Shown: positions 1 to 11,626, numbered from the stretch's first letter. The stretch is DNA of 64,000 nucleotides from an uncultured cyanobacterium (GCA_963718615.1 OY970368.1:928001-992000); one strand, 5' to 3'. Notes: generated by a model not told the origin, from the letters alone. Numbers and translations are program-made.

Positions 1-105
1 CGCGATCGCCTCGGGCTCGGTCAGGTGGATTCTGCCTCCACTGGCGATCTAGAATCTGAGATTACAGTACGGGTAGGCTCAGACTGGCATCCGCCGACCT
101 GGTAA
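1..105 (+). CDS. 3' end of a probable LCP (LytR/CpsA/Psr) family protein, truncated by the window edge
   Basis: Frame 1 reads RDRLGLGQVDSASTGDLESEITVRVGSDWHPPTW*, resembling the LytR_C tail (STGDxxSDITxRxGxDW) of cyanobacterial LCP proteins. Confidence 0.6.
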   Translation, partial: RDRLGLGQVDSASTGDLESEITVRVGSDWHPPTW

Positions 106-260
106 TATCCCACCTGTCGCGTTCAGCGGGTCCTGGGGGATTAATAAGTAAACCGAAATTCATTCGACTCAGGGTCAGACGACTCAGGGTCAGACGGTGC
201 TTCTACCTGAAAGGTCTGCTCTAAGGCCCGCACCTCATCTGTTCTTGACGCTTTGCCCCC

Positions 261-992
261 ATGACCTACAGCCTACGCGTTGCAGATTTGCCCGCAGCCG
301 AACGCCCTCGCGAACGCCTGATGGAAGAAGGAGCCCGTGCTCTGGCGACGGCAGAACTGCTGGCGATTCTGCTGGGTACCGGTCAAGGACCCGGTAAGCT
401 TTCCGCCCTTGGACTGGGCAACTACATCTTGCATACGCTGGCTCAAAATCAACAGGATCCGCTGGCGGTGTTGCGTCAGGTTTCTTTGGCGGAGCTGACC
501 TCCATTGTGGGCGTTGGCCCCGCAAAGGCCTGCTCGATTCTGGCAGCAGTGGAGTTGGGCAAGCGGGTATTTTTGGCCCGTCCGCTCGATCGCCTACCCT
601 TAGAAAGTCCGGAGGCTGCTGCGCTCTATCTGACGCCAGATTTGATGTGGGAAAGCCAAGAGCATTTTGCGGTGCTGTTGCTGGATATCAAAAATCGCCC
701 CATTGGCACTCGCATCGTTTCCATTGGCACCGCCACCGAAACCTTGGCCCATCCCCGCGAGATTTTCCGCACGCTGATTCGCCAAGGGGCAACCCGCGCC
801 ATCATTGCCCACAACCATCCCTCTGGCAGCACAGACCCCAGTCCCGAGGATCTGGCCCTCACGCGACAGTTGCTCCAAGCCGCTCAAATTCTTTCACTTC
901 CGTTGCTGGATCATCTGATTCTCGGCGGTGGACAGTTCACCAGTTTGCGCCAAACAACCCACCTCTGGGAGGACTATCCCCAAGAGGGCTAA
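261..992 (+). CDS. radC: RadC/JAB-domain protein
   Basis: N-terminal ERPRERL, helix-hairpin-helix GVGPAKA, JAB motif AHNHPSG...PSPED...LLDHLI. Confidence 0.95.
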   Translation: MTYSLRVADLPAAERPRERLMEEGARALATAELLAILLGTGQGPGKLSALGLGNYILHTLAQNQQDPLAVLRQVSLAELTSIVGVGPAKACSILAAVELGKRVFLARPLDRLPLESPEAAALYLTPDLMWESQEHFAVLLLDIKNRPIGTRIVSIGTATETLAHPREIFRTLIRQGATRAIIAHNHPSGSTDPSPEDLALTRQLLQAAQILSLPLLDHLILGGGQFTSLRQTTHLWEDYPQEG

Positions 993-1025
993 GTCAGCCG
1001 CTGTTTACATCTTTGACTTCAGGGT

Positions 1026-1478
1026 CTAAAGCATTTGAAACTGAGGATTGCTCCGCAAGCCAGAGACCTGGAAATTCCAGAGCCCTTCCATGAGCAGAGG
1101 GTCGTTAGTCTGGATTAAAGACGTGTCGAGCAGGAGAGCAACGTAATATTCCTGTTGTCGCAGAATAAAAGCGGTATGGGCTTCACACAACACCTTGGCG
1201 TAGTGAAAGTTTTCCAGATTTAGCGTCGACATCAACAACCAGCGCAGACCCAGAACCTGAAAAACGGTCTTTTCCCACAGCAAAGGTTCTGAAGCCTGGG
1301 AAACAAAATACTCCTGAGGCAAACCATTCCAATCAAAAATCACGGCTCCCACGATCGCATCTTCAAAGGTGCTGGGTGGGGAAAGGCAACTCCCAGGTTC
1401 AAAGACCCCCGCAGAACTAGAGCAGAGTGGCATCGCCATAGGCCAAGAATAGAGAGGACAGAAATAACAAAAATACAA
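1026..1478 (-). CDS. Hypothetical protein (start may be the ATG near 1439)
   Basis: 150-aa ORF filling the gap between radC and the next gene; no motif recognised. Confidence 0.55.
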   Translation of the reverse strand: MYFCYFCPLYSWPMAMPLCSSSAGVFEPGSCLSPPSTFEDAIVGAVIFDWNGLPQEYFVSQASEPLLWEKTVFQVLGLRWLLMSTLNLENFHYAKVLCEAHTAFILRQQEYYVALLLDTSLIQTNDPLLMEGLWNFQVSGLRSNPQFQML

Positions 1479-1527
1479 AAATAAGGACAGTATGCCCCGC
1501 TTTAAGATGCCCGACCCTGAGGACGAA

Positions 1528-2283
1528 CTAAAACTGCGGGGGTAGAAAATTATGCTTTAAGCTTTTCTCGAAACTTTGCTCTGAACTTTGCTCTGAACGC
1601 CATGCGGCAGGCACATCTACCTGTCCTTGCGCTTCGCATTCGAAGGCTTGGGTTTGCCAAGTCTTGAGATCCATCTCCGATAGACGATGTAGTCCTAAAC
1701 AACGAGGCTGATAGACCTGGCTAACGACCATCCAGCCAAAACCGCGCAACCAATCCAAACCTGTTTTGATCCAGGATTCTCGATTGCCAGGACGTCCAGT
1801 CTCTGCCACTTGCACCGGTGAAACCCAAATGCCCTGTCCCCCTAAAATAATTCGCCCCAATCCCACCGCCCGCGCAGTGTGTGATCCTGAGGTTACTAAC
1901 TGGAGATGGCGAACGCCCCAAGCGTTGAGGGTGGCAGTGCTAAACCGATAATTGCCCAAGGTGGACTGGGCACAGGGCTCAATCCATACCTGCTCCATTG
2001 GAGCATGGGATCGCCGAAAAATCAGCCAAATACAAGGCTCTGCCGAACCCGCAGAAATTAAAATGGGCCGTTCAGGAAACTGTTGGGCTAGCTGCGCTGC
2101 ATAGATTTCGCGGCGGATACTGCCGCCTAGGACTAAGACCCCATCAATCGGCTGCCGTGCGGCTTGGACCAGGGCCAAGCCTTGATGGGCGCTCCAAAAT
2201 AACAGACAACCCAGCAAGAGACCGAGGAGCAATCGCGGCCCCGTCTTCCTACGCTCAATCTTTGGTTGCTTACTCAATCCCAC
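1528..2283 (-). CDS. YdcF/DUF218 family membrane-anchored protein
   Basis: N-terminal TM helix, VLVLGG..RE, ILIS.GS, E..A.ST..N, LVTS..H..RA motifs. Confidence 0.85.
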   Translation of the reverse strand: MGLSKQPKIERRKTGPRLLLGLLLGCLLFWSAHQGLALVQAARQPIDGVLVLGGSIRREIYAAQLAQQFPERPILISAGSAEPCIWLIFRRSHAPMEQVWIEPCAQSTLGNYRFSTATLNAWGVRHLQLVTSGSHTARAVGLGRIILGGQGIWVSPVQVAETGRPGNRESWIKTGLDWLRGFGWMVVSQVYQPRCLGLHRLSEMDLKTWQTQAFECEAQGQVDVPAAWRSEQSSEQSFEKSLKHNFLPPQF

Positions 2284-2609
2284 TTTGTCCTGAAGAACCC
2301 TTGTAAGGCTTGGAAAGAAACAAAACAGGGCACGCGGGAACCAATCCCAGAACTGTCACACCTCCCCCGCTGTCCGCGAACCCATCATTGGATAGTCTAA
2401 AAACGAACCCCTGATAGGGCGTGCGTTCCCGTGAGAGACAGCGAAGCTCCATTACTCCCAATCCTCTGCTCCCAACCCTTCCCCGCTCCAAACCCTCCCC
2501 CGCTTCCGTAATCGGGGATTACAATTTCTATCATTAGCCATTTAGCCACTTCTATATTTCCCAAATTTCTCAATCGTTGCGTTGACCCCTTGCTGCCGCT
2601 GGAGATTTC

Positions 2610-3899
2610 ATGAAGCTATTGACATCCTTACCCCCTGTTCAGGCCCTGTTCTTTGGAAGTGCGATCGCCACAACCTTTGCGCTTTCTCTCGTTGGCCCCG
2701 GCGTGGGCAATGTCGTCCGGGCAGCGTGGCAGGATAGCCCGAAGGCCCTAGTTGACCAAGCTTGGCAAATCGTTAACCAGGAGTATGTAGATCCAACCTT
2801 TAATCAACAAGATTGGCAGCAGGTCCGTCGCGACCTCCTGGGCCGGGAATATGCCTCTCAGCAAGATGCCTATAAAGCCCTGAGCCAAGCCATTGGCAAG
2901 ATCGGCGACAAGTATACTCGCTTCATGGATCCGCAGCAGTATGCGGCCCTGACGGATCAGACCTCGGGCGAGCTTTCTGGGGTAGGTATGCGTCTCTCGT
3001 TGGATCCGAAAACGGAAGTCTTGACCGTCGCAGCCCCCATTAAGGATTCCCCCGCCATGACGGCAGGGATCAAAGCGGGAGACCAGATCCTCATGATTGA
3101 TGGCCGCTCCACCCGCAATATGACCGTGGAGGAAGCGGCGGAGCTGATTCGTGGTAAAGAGGGTACCTCAATCAAAATTAAGTTTTCCCGCGATGGGCGT
3201 CCGTTTGAGCGGCAGATCACCAGGGCAAGGATCGAGATTCCCAGCGTGCAATACAGCCTTCAGCAGGAAGAGGGCAATCGGATTGGCTACATTCGCCTGA
3301 GCCAGTTCACCGCCCATGCGGCGCAGGAAATGCAGTCTGCGATTAAGGATCTTAATAGCCAGGGTGCAGACGCTTTTGTTCTGGATTTGCGGGGGAATCC
3401 TGGGGGCTTGCTCTATTCCAGTCTCGACATTGCTCGGATGTGGATCCAAGACGGCGAAATTGTCAAAACCGTCGATCGGGATGCAAAGGATGAACATATT
3501 ACGGCCAACCGCACAGCGCTGACCGATCGCCCCTTGGCGGTTCTGGTGGATAAAGGTTCGGCCAGCTCCAGCGAAATTTTGTCGGGCGCGCTCCAAGACA
3601 ACCAGCGGGCGACGATCGTGGGTACGCATACCTTTGGCAAAGCCTTGGTCCAATCCCTCCATCCTTTGGCTGATGGCTCGGGTCTGGCGGTGACGATCGC
3701 CCACTACTACACCCCCAACGGCACCGACATCAGTCAAACAGGGATTGCGCCGGATGTGGAAGTTAAGCTGAGCGAAAATCAACAGCAGGCTCTGGCCAAT
3801 AATCCCGATGATATTGGTACAGTTAAGGATCCCCAGTATGCCTCGGCCATTGCGGTGCTTGCGAAGCAGATCCGCCCGAATGTTTATACTCAGCGTTGA
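2610..3899 (+). CDS. Carboxyl-terminal processing protease (S41, CtpA/CtpB-like)
   Basis: PDZ domain, DLRGNPGG, SASSSEI (catalytic Ser), TFGKALVQ (catalytic Lys). Confidence 0.95.
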   Translation: MKLLTSLPPVQALFFGSAIATTFALSLVGPGVGNVVRAAWQDSPKALVDQAWQIVNQEYVDPTFNQQDWQQVRRDLLGREYASQQDAYKALSQAIGKIGDKYTRFMDPQQYAALTDQTSGELSGVGMRLSLDPKTEVLTVAAPIKDSPAMTAGIKAGDQILMIDGRSTRNMTVEEAAELIRGKEGTSIKIKFSRDGRPFERQITRARIEIPSVQYSLQQEEGNRIGYIRLSQFTAHAAQEMQSAIKDLNSQGADAFVLDLRGNPGGLLYSSLDIARMWIQDGEIVKTVDRDAKDEHITANRTALTDRPLAVLVDKGSASSSEILSGALQDNQRATIVGTHTFGKALVQSLHPLADGSGLAVTIAHYYTPNGTDISQTGIAPDVEVKLSENQQQALANNPDDIGTVKDPQYASAIAVLAKQIRPNVYTQR

Positions 3900-3938
3900 T
3901 ACTCAATGCGTTGATACTCGTTGATACTTCCTCAGTTC

Positions 3939-5243
3939 ATGACTGCATCGACCTCCCTGTCTCGCTCCCTGCCGGAATTAGCCCAGGCAACCCGAATGGC
4001 CGCCCAGCAGCTTGCAGGGTTGCCTACAGACGCCAAAAACCAAGCCATTGAGGCGATCGCCCAAGCCCTCGAAGCGGCCCAAACCGAGATCTTGGCGGCG
4101 AACCAAGCCGACTGCCAAGCCGCTGAGGCCGATGGCATTGCCCCGGCGCTCTATGCTCGGCTGAAGCTGGATACTGCAAAGCTCAAAGGGGCGATCGCCG
4201 GGGTGCGGGATGTGGGTCGATTGGCGGATCCCGTGGGCCAAGTGCAAATTCAGCGGCGGCTGGATGAGGGCCTGGTGCTGCGGCGGCTCTCCTGCCCAGT
4301 GGGGGTGTTGGGCGTGATTTTTGAGGCACGGCCCGATGCGGTGATGCAGATTGCCGCTTTGGCGATCAAGTCGGGGAATGGAGCGATTCTCAAGGGCGGT
4401 CGGGAGGCGGTGCGTTCCTGTCAGGCGATCGTCCAGGCGATTCAAGCGGGGTTAGCCCAGAGTGACGTGGACCCAGCGGTGATTCAATTGCTGACCAGTC
4501 GCTCGGAAATTGCTGAACTGCTGAAGCTAGAGCAAGATGTGGATTTGATTATCCCTCGGGGCTCCAACGCCTTTGTGCGCTACGTTCAGGAAAATACGCA
4601 GATTCCCGTTTTGGGCCATGCGGATGGCATTTGTCATCTCTATTTGGATGGGGCGGCGGATGCGGAAAAGGCGGTGGCGATCGCCGTTGATGCCAAAACC
4701 CAATACCCCGCAGCCTGCAACGCCATCGAAACGCTGCTGGTCCATGAATCCCTGGTGACCTCAATCTTGCCCCCGGTGGCCCAGGCGCTGCAAGCGGCCC
4801 AGGTGATGCTCAAGGGCGATGCCCGTTGTGTGGAGATCCTAGGGATCGCAGCGGCCACGCCGGAGGACTGGGGGACGGAATATAGTGATTTGGTGCTTTC
4901 CATCAAGCTGGTGGCCTCCTTGGACGAGGCGATCGCCCACATCAATCACTACGGCTCGCACCATACCGATGCCATCGTCACCGAAGACCCAGCCGCTGCC
5001 GATCGGTTCTTGGCCCAGGTCAATAGCGCTGGGATCTACCACAACTGCTCAACCCGGTTTGCCGACGGCTTTCGCTACGGCTTCGGAGCCGAGGTGGGCA
5101 TTAGCACCCAGAAGCTTGCACCACGGGGGCCGGTGGGACTGGAGGGGCTAGTGACGTACAAATATCAACTGGTCGGCGCAGGGCACATTGCAGCGACCTA
5201 CAGCGGTGCCCAGGCCAAAGCCTTTTTGCACGAGGATTTCTGA
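3939..5243 (+). CDS. proA: Glutamate-5-semialdehyde dehydrogenase
   Basis: [47 protein letters not shown]; ATG at 3939 preferred over TTG at 3921. Confidence 0.97.
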   Translation: MTASTSLSRSLPELAQATRMAAQQLAGLPTDAKNQAIEAIAQALEAAQTEILAANQADCQAAEADGIAPALYARLKLDTAKLKGAIAGVRDVGRLADPVGQVQIQRRLDEGLVLRRLSCPVGVLGVIFEARPDAVMQIAALAIKSGNGAILKGGREAVRSCQAIVQAIQAGLAQSDVDPAVIQLLTSRSEIAELLKLEQDVDLIIPRGSNAFVRYVQENTQIPVLGHADGICHLYLDGAADAEKAVAIAVDAKTQYPAACNAIETLLVHESLVTSILPPVAQALQAAQVMLKGDARCVEILGIAAATPEDWGTEYSDLVLSIKLVASLDEAIAHINHYGSHHTDAIVTEDPAAADRFLAQVNSAGIYHNCSTRFADGFRYGFGAEVGISTQKLAPRGPVGLEGLVTYKYQLVGAGHIAATYSGAQAKAFLHEDF

Positions 5244-5247
5244 GGCG

Positions 5248-5604
5248 GTGGACTACCTAGAAGTCAAAGGCATTCGTTGCTACGGCTATACCGGCTACTT
5301 TCCCGCCGAGAATGAGCTGGGCCAGTGGTTTGAAGTGGATTTAAGGTTTGGCTTAGATCTGTCCTGCGCCGCCCAATCCGATGCGCTTGACGATGCGTTG
5401 GATTATCGCCAGGTGATTGATCAAGTACAGACGTTGGTCCGAACTCAGGTTTTCAAGACCATTGAACGGCTGGCGGGGGCGATCGCCGAAGCGCTCCTCT
5501 CCCTCAAAAAATTTGACCAGATCACCGTGCGGCTCACCAAACTCTCGCCACCCATTCCAGACTTTCTGGGATCGGTCACCGTTGAACTAACCCGCCGTTC
5601 TTAG
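5248..5604 (+). CDS. folB: Dihydroneopterin aldolase
   Basis: YGYTG..PAE..LGQWFEVDL, SD.L.D.LDY, IE.LA..IA; in-frame GTG at 5248 just after the proA stop. Confidence 0.93.
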   Translation: MDYLEVKGIRCYGYTGYFPAENELGQWFEVDLRFGLDLSCAAQSDALDDALDYRQVIDQVQTLVRTQVFKTIERLAGAIAEALLSLKKFDQITVRLTKLSPPIPDFLGSVTVELTRRS

Positions 5605-5627
5605 GTCCAGGGGTGATGGGCCCGTTC

Positions 5628-6755
5628 CTAGGCATAGGTTGGCTGAGCCGGGGTGAGATTAGGGCTAATCCGGCCCAACTCCAGGCTAAAAATTGAGCCT
5701 TGGGGCCGATTATTCATGACTGTGATCACGCCACCATGGGCCTCAACCGCGAGTTTGCAAAAGGCCAAGCCCAATCCGGTTTGCTTCACCCCTTGGAGAT
5801 TGAGATCCGTGGCAAATTTTTGAAATAAACGCTCCTTGAGCTGGTCGCTTACCCCTGGCCCTTGATCGCGAACACGGATATGAACGGTTTGAGGGGTGGG
5901 ATAGGCGACCTCAACAGAAATTTCGCCCCCCGGTGGAGAAAACTTGAGGGCATTACTCAACAAATTGTCCATGACTCGCCGAATCAGTAATGCATCTAGC
6001 AAGACGGTGTGAGCTGTAGCGGGAAATTCAGTGCGGAGGGTGAGCGATCGCTGCTGAGCCAGCAACCGAAAATCATCCAGGGCCTCCTGAGCCAGTCGAG
6101 CCACATCCACCGGCTGCAATTGCAAGGTCATCCGCTCCGAGCGCAATTTGGACAGCATCAAAACGCTGTCGACCATGCAGTGCAATCGCTGGATCGACGA
6201 ACTAATGCGCTGTACCTGTTTCCGCTGGGCTTCCTCGGGACAAAGACGCAGCAGCAGCTCCTGGGACATGGTCATACTCGTCAGCGGGCTGCGCAGGTCA
6301 TGAACGATCATGTGGGTCAGATCATCCTGAAGATCGATGAGATTTTGCAAGCGATCGTACTGCTGCTTGATTCGCAGCATCGAGCGAATGCGAGCCCGTA
6401 GCTCTACGCTATCAGTGGGTTTAGAAATAAAATCATCAGCCCCTGCGGCCAGACAAGCCTCCAGATCCTTACGGGAGGAGAGGGCCGTCAGCGCAATAAT
6501 CGGAATATGCTGCCACTGGGAATTGGATTTGAGGATTCGACAGATCGCCAAACCATCCAGGTCTGGCATCATGATGTCGAGCAAAATGAGATCAGGCTGA
6601 CAGTCCTTCAAGTAACTCAGCAATGCACGACCACTATCGAGAAACGCTAGCTGGTAATTTTCCTGGTAGAGCAGAATCTCTAAAATATTGAAATTTTCTG
6701 GCTGATCATCAACCACCAAGATGAGCGGTGCCATACAACACCTAACCTCCATCAA
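5628..6755 (-). CDS. Hybrid response regulator / histidine kinase
   Basis: REC domain (ILVVDD, LLDIMMP, FISKP), H-box HDLRSPL, N-box NLLSNALKF, G boxes DQGPG and TGLGL. Confidence 0.95.
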   Translation of the reverse strand: MMEVRCCMAPLILVVDDQPENFNILEILLYQENYQLAFLDSGRALLSYLKDCQPDLILLDIMMPDLDGLAICRILKSNSQWQHIPIIALTALSSRKDLEACLAAGADDFISKPTDSVELRARIRSMLRIKQQYDRLQNLIDLQDDLTHMIVHDLRSPLTSMTMSQELLLRLCPEEAQRKQVQRISSSIQRLHCMVDSVLMLSKLRSERMTLQLQPVDVARLAQEALDDFRLLAQQRSLTLRTEFPATAHTVLLDALLIRRVMDNLLSNALKFSPPGGEISVEVAYPTPQTVHIRVRDQGPGVSDQLKERLFQKFATDLNLQGVKQTGLGLAFCKLAVEAHGGVITVMNNRPQGSIFSLELGRISPNLTPAQPTYA

Positions 6756-6843
6756 GCTGCACTAGAGAACAAAAAGGGAAACGGAGGAGGGGAAAGGAGC
6801 ATGATTAAACTAAGTGACTTAGCTTCCTGTATATAAACATACC

Positions 6844-6919
6844 CAAACCCACAAAACCAAGGGTAGGACATTCCGGAAACCGAACGTTCCGATTCTTGAA
6901 CCTGGTTTTGTGGGGTTTG
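6844..6919 (-). terminator. Inverted repeat downstream of dxs
   Basis: CAAACCCACAAAACCA ... TGGTTTTGTGGGGTTTG just after the dxs stop. Confidence 0.45.
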
Positions 6920-6936
6920 CCTGGCTGGAGCAGCTC

Positions 6937-8844
6937 CTAAACCCCGACGGCAACCGCTTGGGGCTGGAACTGTTTGAGGACTCGCTCTGCCATTTGGGCC
7001 GGGGTGAGCTCTAGGTCGATCATGGACTCATTGGGTGTGGCATGGTCCACCAGGATGTCGGGGACACCGAGGCGGAAGAGCGAGACCTTGAGATGGTGAT
7101 CGAGGAAGGATTCGGCGATCGCCGAACCAAATCCCCCCATCAAACCGCCTTCTTCCAGGGTGACCACTTTGCCAATGCGCTCGGCCAAGGGCAAAATCAG
7201 TTCCTCGTCCAGGGGTTTAGCAAACCGGGCGTTCACTACCGTGGCTTCTAGGCCATGCTCGCTGAGAATTTCTGCCGTCTGAACTGCCGGATACACCATC
7301 GAGCCATAGGCAAGCAGCAAAACATCATCGCCGCTGCGCAAAATTTCGCCCTTGCCGATGGGTAGGTCTTCCCAGCCCTCTTCCATGAGCGGAACGCCGT
7401 AGCCATTGCCGCGAGGGTAGCGCATGGCGATCGGCCCATCGGTATAGTTGATTCCGGTAATCAGCATCCGCTGGAGCTCGCCTTCATCCTTGGGGGCCAT
7501 GACGACCATGTTGGGGATACAGCGCAAATAGGCAATGTCGTAGAGCCCTTGGTGGGTGGGTCCATCCGCCCCGACAATGCCTGCTCGATCAATGCAGAAG
7601 AAGACGGGAAGGTTTTGGATACAGACATCGTGGACAATTTGATCGAAGGCCCGCTGGAGGAATGTCGAGTAGATGGCGGCAACGGGGCGCATGCCTTCAC
7701 AGGCCATGCCTGCGGCGAGGGTAACGGCGTGCTGTTCGGCAATGCCCACGTCGATGTATTGCTTGGGCAAACGCTTTTGCAAAATATCGAGGCCGGTGCC
7801 CGTTGCCATGGCGGCAGTAATGGCGATAACCCGAGGATTATCCTCGGCAATTTTGGTCAGGGCTTCGCCAAAAACCTTGGAGTAGCTGGGGGGTTTGGGC
7901 TTGTTCGAGGGTTTAGATTTGCCGGTGGTGAGGTCAAAGGGAGATTGGGCGTGGTAGCCGACTTGGTCCTGTTCGGCGATCGCATACCCCTTGCCCTTCG
8001 TCGTCGCCACATGCACCAGCACCGGCCCCGGAATCTTGTGGGATTCCTTAAACGTATGGATCAGCTCTTCCAAATTGTGACCATCCACTGGACCCACGTA
8101 GGTAAAGCCCAATTCCTCAAAGACTGCGCCAACCTTAGGCACGGCCAAACGCTTCATCCCCTCCTTGACCCGCTGAAGCTCAGGAGGCAGCGTACCGCCC
8201 ACGAACGGCAATTGCTTGAACTGCTCCTCTAGATTGTCCGTGAGGAACTGCATCGGCGGGCTGAGGCGGATTTTGTTGAGATAGCGGGGAATCGCGCCGA
8301 CATTGGGCGAGATCGACATTTCGTTGTCGTTCAGGACCACCATCAGGTTGGTATGGGGCAGATGACCCGCATGGTTGATGGCTTCTAGGGCCATGCCACC
8401 GGTCAGGGCACCATCGCCGATCACCGCGACAGCTTTGAAATCTTCCCCTTTGGCATCGCGGGCGATCGCCATCCCCAACGCCGCCGAAATACTCGTAGAC
8501 GCATGCCCTGCGCCAAAGTGGTCAAAGTCGCTTTCACAGCGCTTGAGATAGCCTGCGACCCCGTTCTTTTGTCGCAGCGTCTGGAAATTTTGATAGCGTC
8601 CCGTCAAGAGTTTGTGGGGATAGGCCTGGTGACCCACGTCCCAAACCACCTTATCTCGGTCTAGATCCAGGGTTTGGTAGAGTGCGAGCGTCAGTTCCAC
8701 CACACCCAATCCCGGTCCCAAATGTCCACCGCTTGCGGCGACTGTCTCTAGATGCTTTTCCCGAATTTGGCGGGCAATCTGCTCCAGCTCATGGATAGAG
8801 AGGCCGTGGAGTTGATTGGGATGGGTCAGTTCACTTAGGTGCAT
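6937..8844 (-). CDS. dxs: 1-deoxy-D-xylulose-5-phosphate synthase
   Basis: [54 protein letters not shown]. Confidence 0.98.
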   Translation of the reverse strand: MHLSELTHPNQLHGLSIHELEQIARQIREKHLETVAASGGHLGPGLGVVELTLALYQTLDLDRDKVVWDVGHQAYPHKLLTGRYQNFQTLRQKNGVAGYLKRCESDFDHFGAGHASTSISAALGMAIARDAKGEDFKAVAVIGDGALTGGMALEAINHAGHLPHTNLMVVLNDNEMSISPNVGAIPRYLNKIRLSPPMQFLTDNLEEQFKQLPFVGGTLPPELQRVKEGMKRLAVPKVGAVFEELGFTYVGPVDGHNLEELIHTFKESHKIPGPVLVHVATTKGKGYAIAEQDQVGYHAQSPFDLTTGKSKPSNKPKPPSYSKVFGEALTKIAEDNPRVIAITAAMATGTGLDILQKRLPKQYIDVGIAEQHAVTLAAGMACEGMRPVAAIYSTFLQRAFDQIVHDVCIQNLPVFFCIDRAGIVGADGPTHQGLYDIAYLRCIPNMVVMAPKDEGELQRMLITGINYTDGPIAMRYPRGNGYGVPLMEEGWEDLPIGKGEILRSGDDVLLLAYGSMVYPAVQTAEILSEHGLEATVVNARFAKPLDEELILPLAERIGKVVTLEEGGLMGGFGSAIAESFLDHHLKVSLFRLGVPDILVDHATPNESMIDLELTPAQMAERVLKQFQPQAVAVGV

Positions 8845-9101
8845 ACTTGCCGTACCCCTTAGGGTGATTCAGTACCGATGAGTTGTTGATCGAAAGCGGG
8901 CAGCGGATACGCAGTTTGTCCGCCTCTTTTCACTCTAGTCGAAAGCGTCAGCTAGAGGGTTTTAACTGTTCTAGGTTGCAACATTCTGCAAGGCACAGTT
9001 GTAACGAAAGCGCTGAAATCACGAGGATTTGAGTGGAGGATCAAAAAAACTTCCCAAAAGCCTCCCAAAAGCCTCCCAAAACCCTTCCCAAAATACCCCA
9101 C

Positions 9102-9125
9102 AAAAAAGAGCCCGAACCTGGGCTC
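9102..9125 (-). terminator. Intrinsic terminator
   Basis: Minus strand GAGCCC-AGGTTC-GGGCTC-TTTTTT downstream of the 9214..9696 gene. Confidence 0.6.
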
Positions 9126-9213
9126 CCTGTTTCCAAGAACAAGATCAGGACAAAATTCTCTAGGCTACTGGTCGAACAGAACCGCCACCATGTCATCCCA
9201 TTACCACATCCCA

Positions 9214-9696
9214 TTACCACATGGCGCGAACGGGAGCAGCCGGAGCTGGGGGCTGGGCCGCAGGGGCCGTAGTGGCTGCAGGGGCTGGTGGGGGTGGCGG
9301 GTTTGTCGCAGCAGGGGTTGAGGGGGCTGTAGTGGCCGCAGGGGGCGTTGCTCCGGGGGTGGGATCGAGATTGCCCGTGGTGGAACCGGCTTGGGCGGTT
9401 GTGTTCTCTGTACTGGGTTGAGCGACAAAGACATCCCTGGTGTTGGGACTGGTCGTTGAACGGGTTGTCTCCGAAGTGGCAGAGGGGGTTGCTGCGTTTT
9501 GTCCCACCTGCCGTGCCCCTAGGTTGGAGGATTGGGTGGTTTGTCCATTGGCGGGAATATTCGGGACCGCCGGCAAGACCGTGGGATCTGCAACCTGGTT
9601 GGTTGAGCCCAGGCGGAAGGCAGGGACTTTGCTCAGGCCCAGAACCGCTGCAATGGCCGCGATCGCCGCGAAAATAATTGAAATCAGGTTTGCCAT
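9214..9696 (-). CDS. Pro/Thr/Ala-rich low-complexity protein with N-terminal hydrophobic anchor
   Basis: ATG start, N-terminal hydrophobic helix, disordered P/T/A body, ends PVRAMW; followed by a terminator. Confidence 0.7.
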   Translation of the reverse strand: MANLISIIFAAIAAIAAVLGLSKVPAFRLGSTNQVADPTVLPAVPNIPANGQTTQSSNLGARQVGQNAATPSATSETTRSTTSPNTRDVFVAQPSTENTTAQAGSTTGNLDPTPGATPPAATTAPSTPAATNPPPPPAPAATTAPAAQPPAPAAPVRAMW

Positions 9697-9949
9697 GGGT
9701 TGCCTCTGGACTCGCCCCGTTAATATAGCGCGATCAAAAAATCTGCTCTACGCTTTTACCCCGTTCACTTCCTGGCGTCAAGCCCAAAATCAGGCTTCTC
9801 GGGTAACAGATTCCTCCAACCTCCAACAAATTGTTTCGCCTATCCGTTTCTCCCCCAAAACCTGGATATGTTGAGACCAGACATGGCCGGAGCCCCCCTC
9901 GGGCAGCGCCCTGTCTTGACGGAATGCTCTCGATTTTTTCGCTAGACTC

Positions 9950-11620
9950 ATGGTCACACCCTCTTCGGTTTCTACGTCGGTTTCTACGGCTGCTCTTTTT
10001 CCTGCTCCGTCCTCTTCGCTCGTGCTCTACGACACCACCCTGCGGGACGGGGCGCAGCGGGAAGGAATTGCCCTGTCGCTGGCGGATAAGCTGCGGATTG
10101 CTCAGGCCCTCGATCGCCTCGGAATTCCTTTTATCGAAGGGGGCTGGCCCGGTGCAAACCCAAAGGATGTGCAGTTTTTCTGGCAGCTCCAGCAACAGCC
10201 ACTTCAGCAGGCGGAAGTCGTGGCCTTTTGCTCCACCTGTCGGCCAGGGCAGCGCGCGGATCAGGATGAGCTCCTCCAGGGCATTTTGGCGGCGGGAACG
10301 CGCTGGGTAACGGTTTTTGGCAAGTCCTGGGATTTGCACGTCACGGAAGGGCTCAAAACCACGCTGGAGGAAAATCTGCGGCTGATCCGAGACAGCATTG
10401 TCTATTTGCGCAGTCAGGGTCGCCGGGTAATTTACGATGCCGAGCATTGGTTTGATGGCTATTGTCAGAACCCGGACTATGCGGTCAAAACCCTGGAGGC
10501 AGCGTTGGATGCGGGAGTGGAGTGGCTGACGCTGTGCGATACCAATGGGGGAATGTTGCCCCATGAGGTCACTGAAATTGTGCAGGCAACCCGTAAAGCC
10601 CTAGGAGCCCTGCCACCGCTGGGCATTCATACCCACAATGATTCGGAGACGGCGGTGGCAAATGCGATCGCCGCTGTCCAAGCAGGAGCCACCCTCGTCC
10701 AAGGCACGATCAACGGCTACGGCGAACGCTGCGGTAATGCCAACCTCTGTGCCCTCATCCCCAATCTTCAACTCAAGTTGGGTTACGACTGTCTGCAGCC
10801 CGAGCAGCTTCAAACCCTAACCTCTACGAGTCGTCTCATCAGCGAAATTGTCAACTTGGCCCCAGACGACCACGCCGCCTTCGTGGGGCAATCCGCCTTT
10901 GCCCACAAGGGCGGCATCCATGTCAGTGCCGTTGAGCGCAATCCTCGGACCTACGAGCATGTTTCTCCCACAACCGTTGGCAATAGCCGCCGCATTGTGA
11001 TTTCTGAGCAATCGGGGCTGAGCAACTTGATCGCGAAGGCTCGCAGTTTTGGCCTAGACCTAGACCGGCAGGCTCCCGCCACGCGGCAGTTGCTCCAGCG
11101 ACTGAAGGAATTGGAACACAAAGGCTATCAATTTGAAGCAGCGGAGGCCAGTTTTGAATTACTGATGCGGGAGTATTTGGGTGGGCGAGACCCTATTTTT
11201 ACCCTTGGCGAATTTCAGGTTCACTGCGGCCACCGGGGCGAACGGCTTTCTTCCTTGGCGACGGTCAAAGTCAGCGTCAATGGTCAAGACATTTTGCAAG
11301 CGGGAGAAGGCAATGGTCCGGTGGACGCGCTGGATAAGGCCCTACGGACGGCGCTGGAAACCTTTTATCCAGCGGTCTCGCAATTTTATTTAACGGATTA
11401 CAAAGTTCGAATTCTCGATAGCTCCGCTGGTACGGCTGCAACCACTCGTGTTCTGGTGGAATCGAGCAATGGGGAACAGCGGTGGACAACGCTAGGGGTT
11501 TCGACGAATATTATTGAGGCATCCTATGAGGCGGTGGTGGAGGGCTTAGAATATGGGTTGTTGCTGGAACAACGACAAGTGCGCACGACTTCTAGCCCGG
11601 TTGCTGGAACAATGGGGTGA
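9950..11620 (+). CDS. cimA: Citramalate synthase (LeuA-like)
   Basis: YDTTLRDGAQREG, EGGWPGANPKD, YDAEHWFDGY, HTHND, GYGERCGNA, GNGPVDALD. Confidence 0.93.
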   Translation: MVTPSSVSTSVSTAALFPAPSSSLVLYDTTLRDGAQREGIALSLADKLRIAQALDRLGIPFIEGGWPGANPKDVQFFWQLQQQPLQQAEVVAFCSTCRPGQRADQDELLQGILAAGTRWVTVFGKSWDLHVTEGLKTTLEENLRLIRDSIVYLRSQGRRVIYDAEHWFDGYCQNPDYAVKTLEAALDAGVEWLTLCDTNGGMLPHEVTEIVQATRKALGALPPLGIHTHNDSETAVANAIAAVQAGATLVQGTINGYGERCGNANLCALIPNLQLKLGYDCLQPEQLQTLTSTSRLISEIVNLAPDDHAAFVGQSAFAHKGGIHVSAVERNPRTYEHVSPTTVGNSRRIVISEQSGLSNLIAKARSFGLDLDRQAPATRQLLQRLKELEHKGYQFEAAEASFELLMREYLGGRDPIFTLGEFQVHCGHRGERLSSLATVKVSVNGQDILQAGEGNGPVDALDKALRTALETFYPAVSQFYLTDYKVRILDSSAGTAATTRVLVESSNGEQRWTTLGVSTNIIEASYEAVVEGLEYGLLLEQRQVRTTSSPVAGTMG

Positions 11621-11626
11621 ATTCAC

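Noticed and set aside
261-992. radC as a marker of a mobile element
   Set aside because: Full-length chromosomal type with an HhH N-terminus, among core genes
7549-8232. Long antisense ORFs (also 9734-10564, 23526-24359, 3168-3782)
   Set aside because: They overlap well-supported genes on the opposite strand, as expected from GC-rich codon bias
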